The notes under the pieces were generated by a model. The model searched no databases, was not told the origin of the DNA, and saw only the letters and a program-made list of their open reading frames with translations. This document shows positions 60,604 through 64,000 of a stretch of 64,000 bases of DNA, piece after piece. Numbering within the stretch: the stretch's first letter is position 1; the number at the start of each line of letters is the position of its first letter. The position numbers and the translations under genes are program-made. The DNA lies in NCBI GenBank assembly GCA_028534125.1, contig CM052818.1, forward strand, positions 39,372,001-39,436,000. The letters run 5' to 3'. This DNA is from Lama glama (Eukaryota).

Positions 60604-61103
60604 NNNNNNNNNNNNNNNNNNNNNNNNNNNNNNNNNNNNNNNNNNNNNNNNNNNNNNNNNNNNNNNNNNNNNNNNNNNNNNNNNNNNNNNNNNNNNNNNN
60701 NNNNNNNNNNNNNNNNNNNNNNNNNNNNNNNNNNNNNNNNNNNNNNNNNNNNNNNNNNNNNNNNNNNNNNNNNNNNNNNNNNNNNNNNNNNNNNNNNNNN
60801 NNNNNNNNNNNNNNNNNNNNNNNNNNNNNNNNNNNNNNNNNNNNNNNNNNNNNNNNNNNNNNNNNNNNNNNNNNNNNNNNNNNNNNNNNNNNNNNNNNNN
60901 NNNNNNNNNNNNNNNNNNNNNNNNNNNNNNNNNNNNNNNNNNNNNNNNNNNNNNNNNNNNNNNNNNNNNNNNNNNNNNNNNNNNNNNNNNNNNNNNNNNN
61001 NNNNNNNNNNNNNNNNNNNNNNNNNNNNNNNNNNNNNNNNNNNNNNNNNNNNNNNNNNNNNNNNNNNNNNNNNNNNNNNNNNNNNNNNNNNNNNNNNNNN
61101 NNN
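60604..61103. other. Assembly gap (exactly 500 N)
   Basis: Run of 500 N. Confidence 1.
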
Positions 61104-62070
61104 TGCTCTATGACATTTATAGATGGCGTTCTCCTCTTTATCAGCTTTCTTCCTCTATAAGGAAAGGGAGAAGTTAATTATGTAATTGTGTAAATGACAT
61201 GATTACATAGAAAAACCCCGATGAGGCATCTCCTAATAGGAGAAGGGCTGTCTCAATATGGGAGGAGGAAAACAATTCTGGAGAAAAGGGATTCTGGATC
61301 GGGGGAGAGGATGTTTCAGGCCACGTGATTCCCAGAAGCTTTTCTTGCAGGGGCATGAGAAGAGTCAGTTTGCGCTGGAGGAGAGCCATGCCTGCAGAAT
61401 CTTTGCCTAGCGTGGATTTGGATGGCAGTGGTCACTATCTGGTTACAGACTGCTGCAACAGTTGAAATGTAGTATGGCAGGCTGGGTAGGTGAGGCAGAA
61501 AGGCTTTGATAATTCAGAGCAATGACAGATGGACAGAGGATTCATTCCAATAATTTTATCGATCCTGTTACAGTGAAGGGACCAGACCGGGTTAGTGCAG
61601 CCAGACACGTGGACCAGCACTAGAAGAGCAGAGTGGGACCAGGATCTCATGGAAGCACAGGGGAAACAGGAGACCCAGGATGGTGGAGGAGCCGCAGAAT
61701 GAATGCAGAGGACCAGGCTGGGTGGACACAGAGGTGGCACCTTGGCCGTGCGTAGCCTTGGCTTTCACTCGTGTCCTGGGGAGGGGGGACTGGTGGTGAA
61801 TGCCAGGACCACCTGGGGTCATAGCATGCTCTTGCAGATTTAACAGTTACAGTTTTGACTAGAGATCTAAGGCATGCTGTCATTTATAATCTTTTTAAGT
61901 TAAGAATTTGAATGTAACTCTCTGCAAGGCTGGAGTGGACCATCAGCCACTGGAAACATGCAGTCAGACACAGAGTCGACATGCACATCTGCCCACATGC
62001 ACATCTCCGTGCAGTGTGTACTCTCCTGTCACAGCTCTGGGACTCTTGAGGAAGAGTATAGAAGTGTGCT

Positions 62071-62086
62071 TGTGTGTGTGTGTGTA

Positions 62087-62157
<71 letters not shown>
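62071..62157. repeat. Compound (TG)n(AG)n microsatellite
   Basis: About 17 TG units (one interruption) followed by about 26 AG units. Confidence 0.95.
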
Positions 62158-62159
<2 letters not shown>

Positions 62160-62899
62160 AACTCACATTGCATTCCAACTGAGTGTTCCCCCACCTCACC
62201 AGAACTGTGCAGTGCAAAACCTGCACAACTGAGCAGATCAGCTCTGACTTAGCCAAAAAATGGAATTTTGAAAGAATTTGAAGACTAGACTATTGAGCTT
62301 AGCACTGGCTCAGCTCTGTGATGTGGAAGTGTTCATCATATACTTGATCTGAGCAAATGGAAAAGGAATTTGGGAGGCTCTTGCAAGTAATTCTCCAGCT
62401 AGTGTGCAAATCTGTCTCTCCTCAACTGAGAAATTAAAACTCCAGTGAAAGTCGGAAAGGCTGTTAACCAGGGTTTGAAGAGAAGGCATTGAGAATATGA
62501 GCTCTCCTCAGAAATGTAGTACAGGAGAGAGCCAGGAGCTGGTCCACACATGTCTGCTTTTGTGTATTTGTGGGTTGTTGAAGGTCTCTGGGAACGTACT
62601 GTAATGCTACTTACAAAGTCCTACTGTGTATGATATGTAGATGTGCTCATAGGAACAAATTCACTTGGTCTCAAATTGTGTACAGAGAGCTCTCATTTTA
62701 TATGCATTTATGTTATATGCTGACTTTGGAGATTGATCTGAAGATGCAACTTCGCTGTCGCCTTCGGACTTGACCACAACAAGCAGGTCTACTGATGTGC
62801 ATCAAGGTTCTAGTTAGGAGCTTAGTTTAGAGACAGAATGGCAGAACCCTTTGGAGAAGCAGGTGCTCACTGTTGGTAACTTCCAATTACCTGAAGGAA

Positions 62900-63330
62900 T
62901 GTGATGGTAGATTGCAGTGAGTAACACCTACCAATATTAAGTCTTCCACCCACAAACACAAGTCTCAACATTTATTTAGGTCTCCTTTAATTTTCTTCGA
63001 CATTTTCTAATTTTCTGTGTACAAGGCTTTTACCTCCTTTGTTGAATTTATTTATATGTATTTTGTTCTTTTGGATGATACTGTCAATGGAATTGTTTTC
63101 TTAATTGCCTTTCCGTATTGTTCAGTGCTGGTGTATTGAAATACAACTGATTTTGCATGTTGGTCTTCTACCCTGCAACTTTGCTGAATTTGCTTATTAG
63201 CTCTAATAGCTCTTTTTGGTGGAATCTTTGGGATTTTCTATAGAGAAGATTATGCAACTTGTGACCAAATATAGTTTTACTTCTTCCCAGTTTAGATGCT
63301 TTTAATTTGTTTTACATGCCTAGATAGTAC
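62900..63330 (-). mobile_element. L1 ORF2 (RT region) fragment
   Basis: AATATTAAGTCTTCCA...CATTTATTTAGGTCTCCTTTAATTT...TACCCTGCAACTTTGCTGAATTTGCTTATTAGCTCTAATAG. Confidence 0.85.
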
Positions 63331-63334
63331 TTCC

Positions 63335-64000
63335 AATAAATACAAAACCACAACATATCAAGCCTTCTGGGATACAGCGAAGGGGAATTTATAGCAGCAA
63401 ACACCTACATTAAAAAAGGAAAAAAGTCTCAGATGAATAATCTAACTTCAAGGAAATAGAAAAAGAAGAGCAAACGAATAATAGTGTCAAGGAGATTTCC
63501 CCTTATGTTTTCTTCTAGGAGTTTTACAGTTTCAAGTCTTAAGTTTAAGTCTTTAATCCATTTGGGGTTGTTTTTTTTTTTTTTTGGTATGGAGAATGGT
63601 AGGGATTTTCCTACTATTTTTAAGATTAGACCAGCTGTAGGTGAAATATAAAATAGAAAAACAATAGAATCAATGAAAGCAAAAATTGGCTCTTTAACAG
63701 TATCAACAAAATTAACAGACCTTTAGCTAGACTGATGAAAAAAATAGAGTAGTTGCAAATAAATAAAATCAGAAATGGAAATGAGGACATTACTACAAAC
63801 CTTAACAAAATGAAAGGATCATAAGAGAATATAATGAACAAGTTAGATAACCAAGATGAAATGAACAAATCTCTAGAGACACACGAATTACCAAAATTGA
63901 CTTAAGAAAATGGAAAATCTGAACAGACTGATAAGTAGAGATTTAATCTGCAATTAAAAAACATCCAACAAAGAAAATTCTAGGATGAAATGGCTTCAGG
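63335..64000 (+). mobile_element. L1 ORF2 (5' part) fragment, interrupted at ~63481-63600 by an opposite-strand L1 piece
   Basis: ACAACATATCAA..TTCTGGGATACAGC.AA (TTYQ.LWD.A) and AAAATTAACAGACCTTTAGCTAGACTGATGAA (KI.RPLARL). The middle piece TATGTTTTCTTCTAGGAGTTTTACAGTTTCAAGTCTT is reverse L1. Confidence 0.85.

Noticed and set aside
60345..61177. Long ORFs spanning X residues
   Set aside because: Artefacts of the N gap.
1..64000. Identity of a host gene
   Set aside because: No exon I could recognise; naming a gene would be a guess.

Overview
Mammalian nuclear, non-coding DNA (intronic or intergenic). It is very probably from a camelid (camel, alpaca or llama), judging by three tRNA-Ala-derived SINEs with the vic-1-type body and an artiodactyl-type L1 3' end. 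I cannot support any host protein-coding gene. The ORF track is almost entirely chance ORFs in GC-rich sequence, and the only recognisable peptides come from transposon fossils: L1 ORF2 (~13.4-13.9 kb and 62.9-64 kb), a nearly full-length decayed hAT (Blackjack-like) transposase (~21.2-22.85 kb) and ERV-L gag (~28.1-29.4 kb). Layout: 1-13 kb is GC-rich unique DNA with CpG patches and homeobox-site clusters. 13-30 kb is dense with nested old repeats. 30-60 kb is GC-rich unique DNA with MIR/L2/LTR fragments, a strong CTCF motif and a few exon-like segments. A 500-N scaffold gap lies at 60604-61103, followed by an L1-rich tail. Several + strand splice-site pairs suggest the window may lie inside a + strand transcript, but this is unproven. 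I found no convincing undescribed biological system; the most useful leads are small-scale (a 28-bp exact dispersed duplication, a template-switch inversion inside an L1, candidate exons, enhancer-like clusters). Repeat subfamily names are recognised from memory of consensus sequences and boundaries are approximate unless target-site duplications (TSDs) are given.
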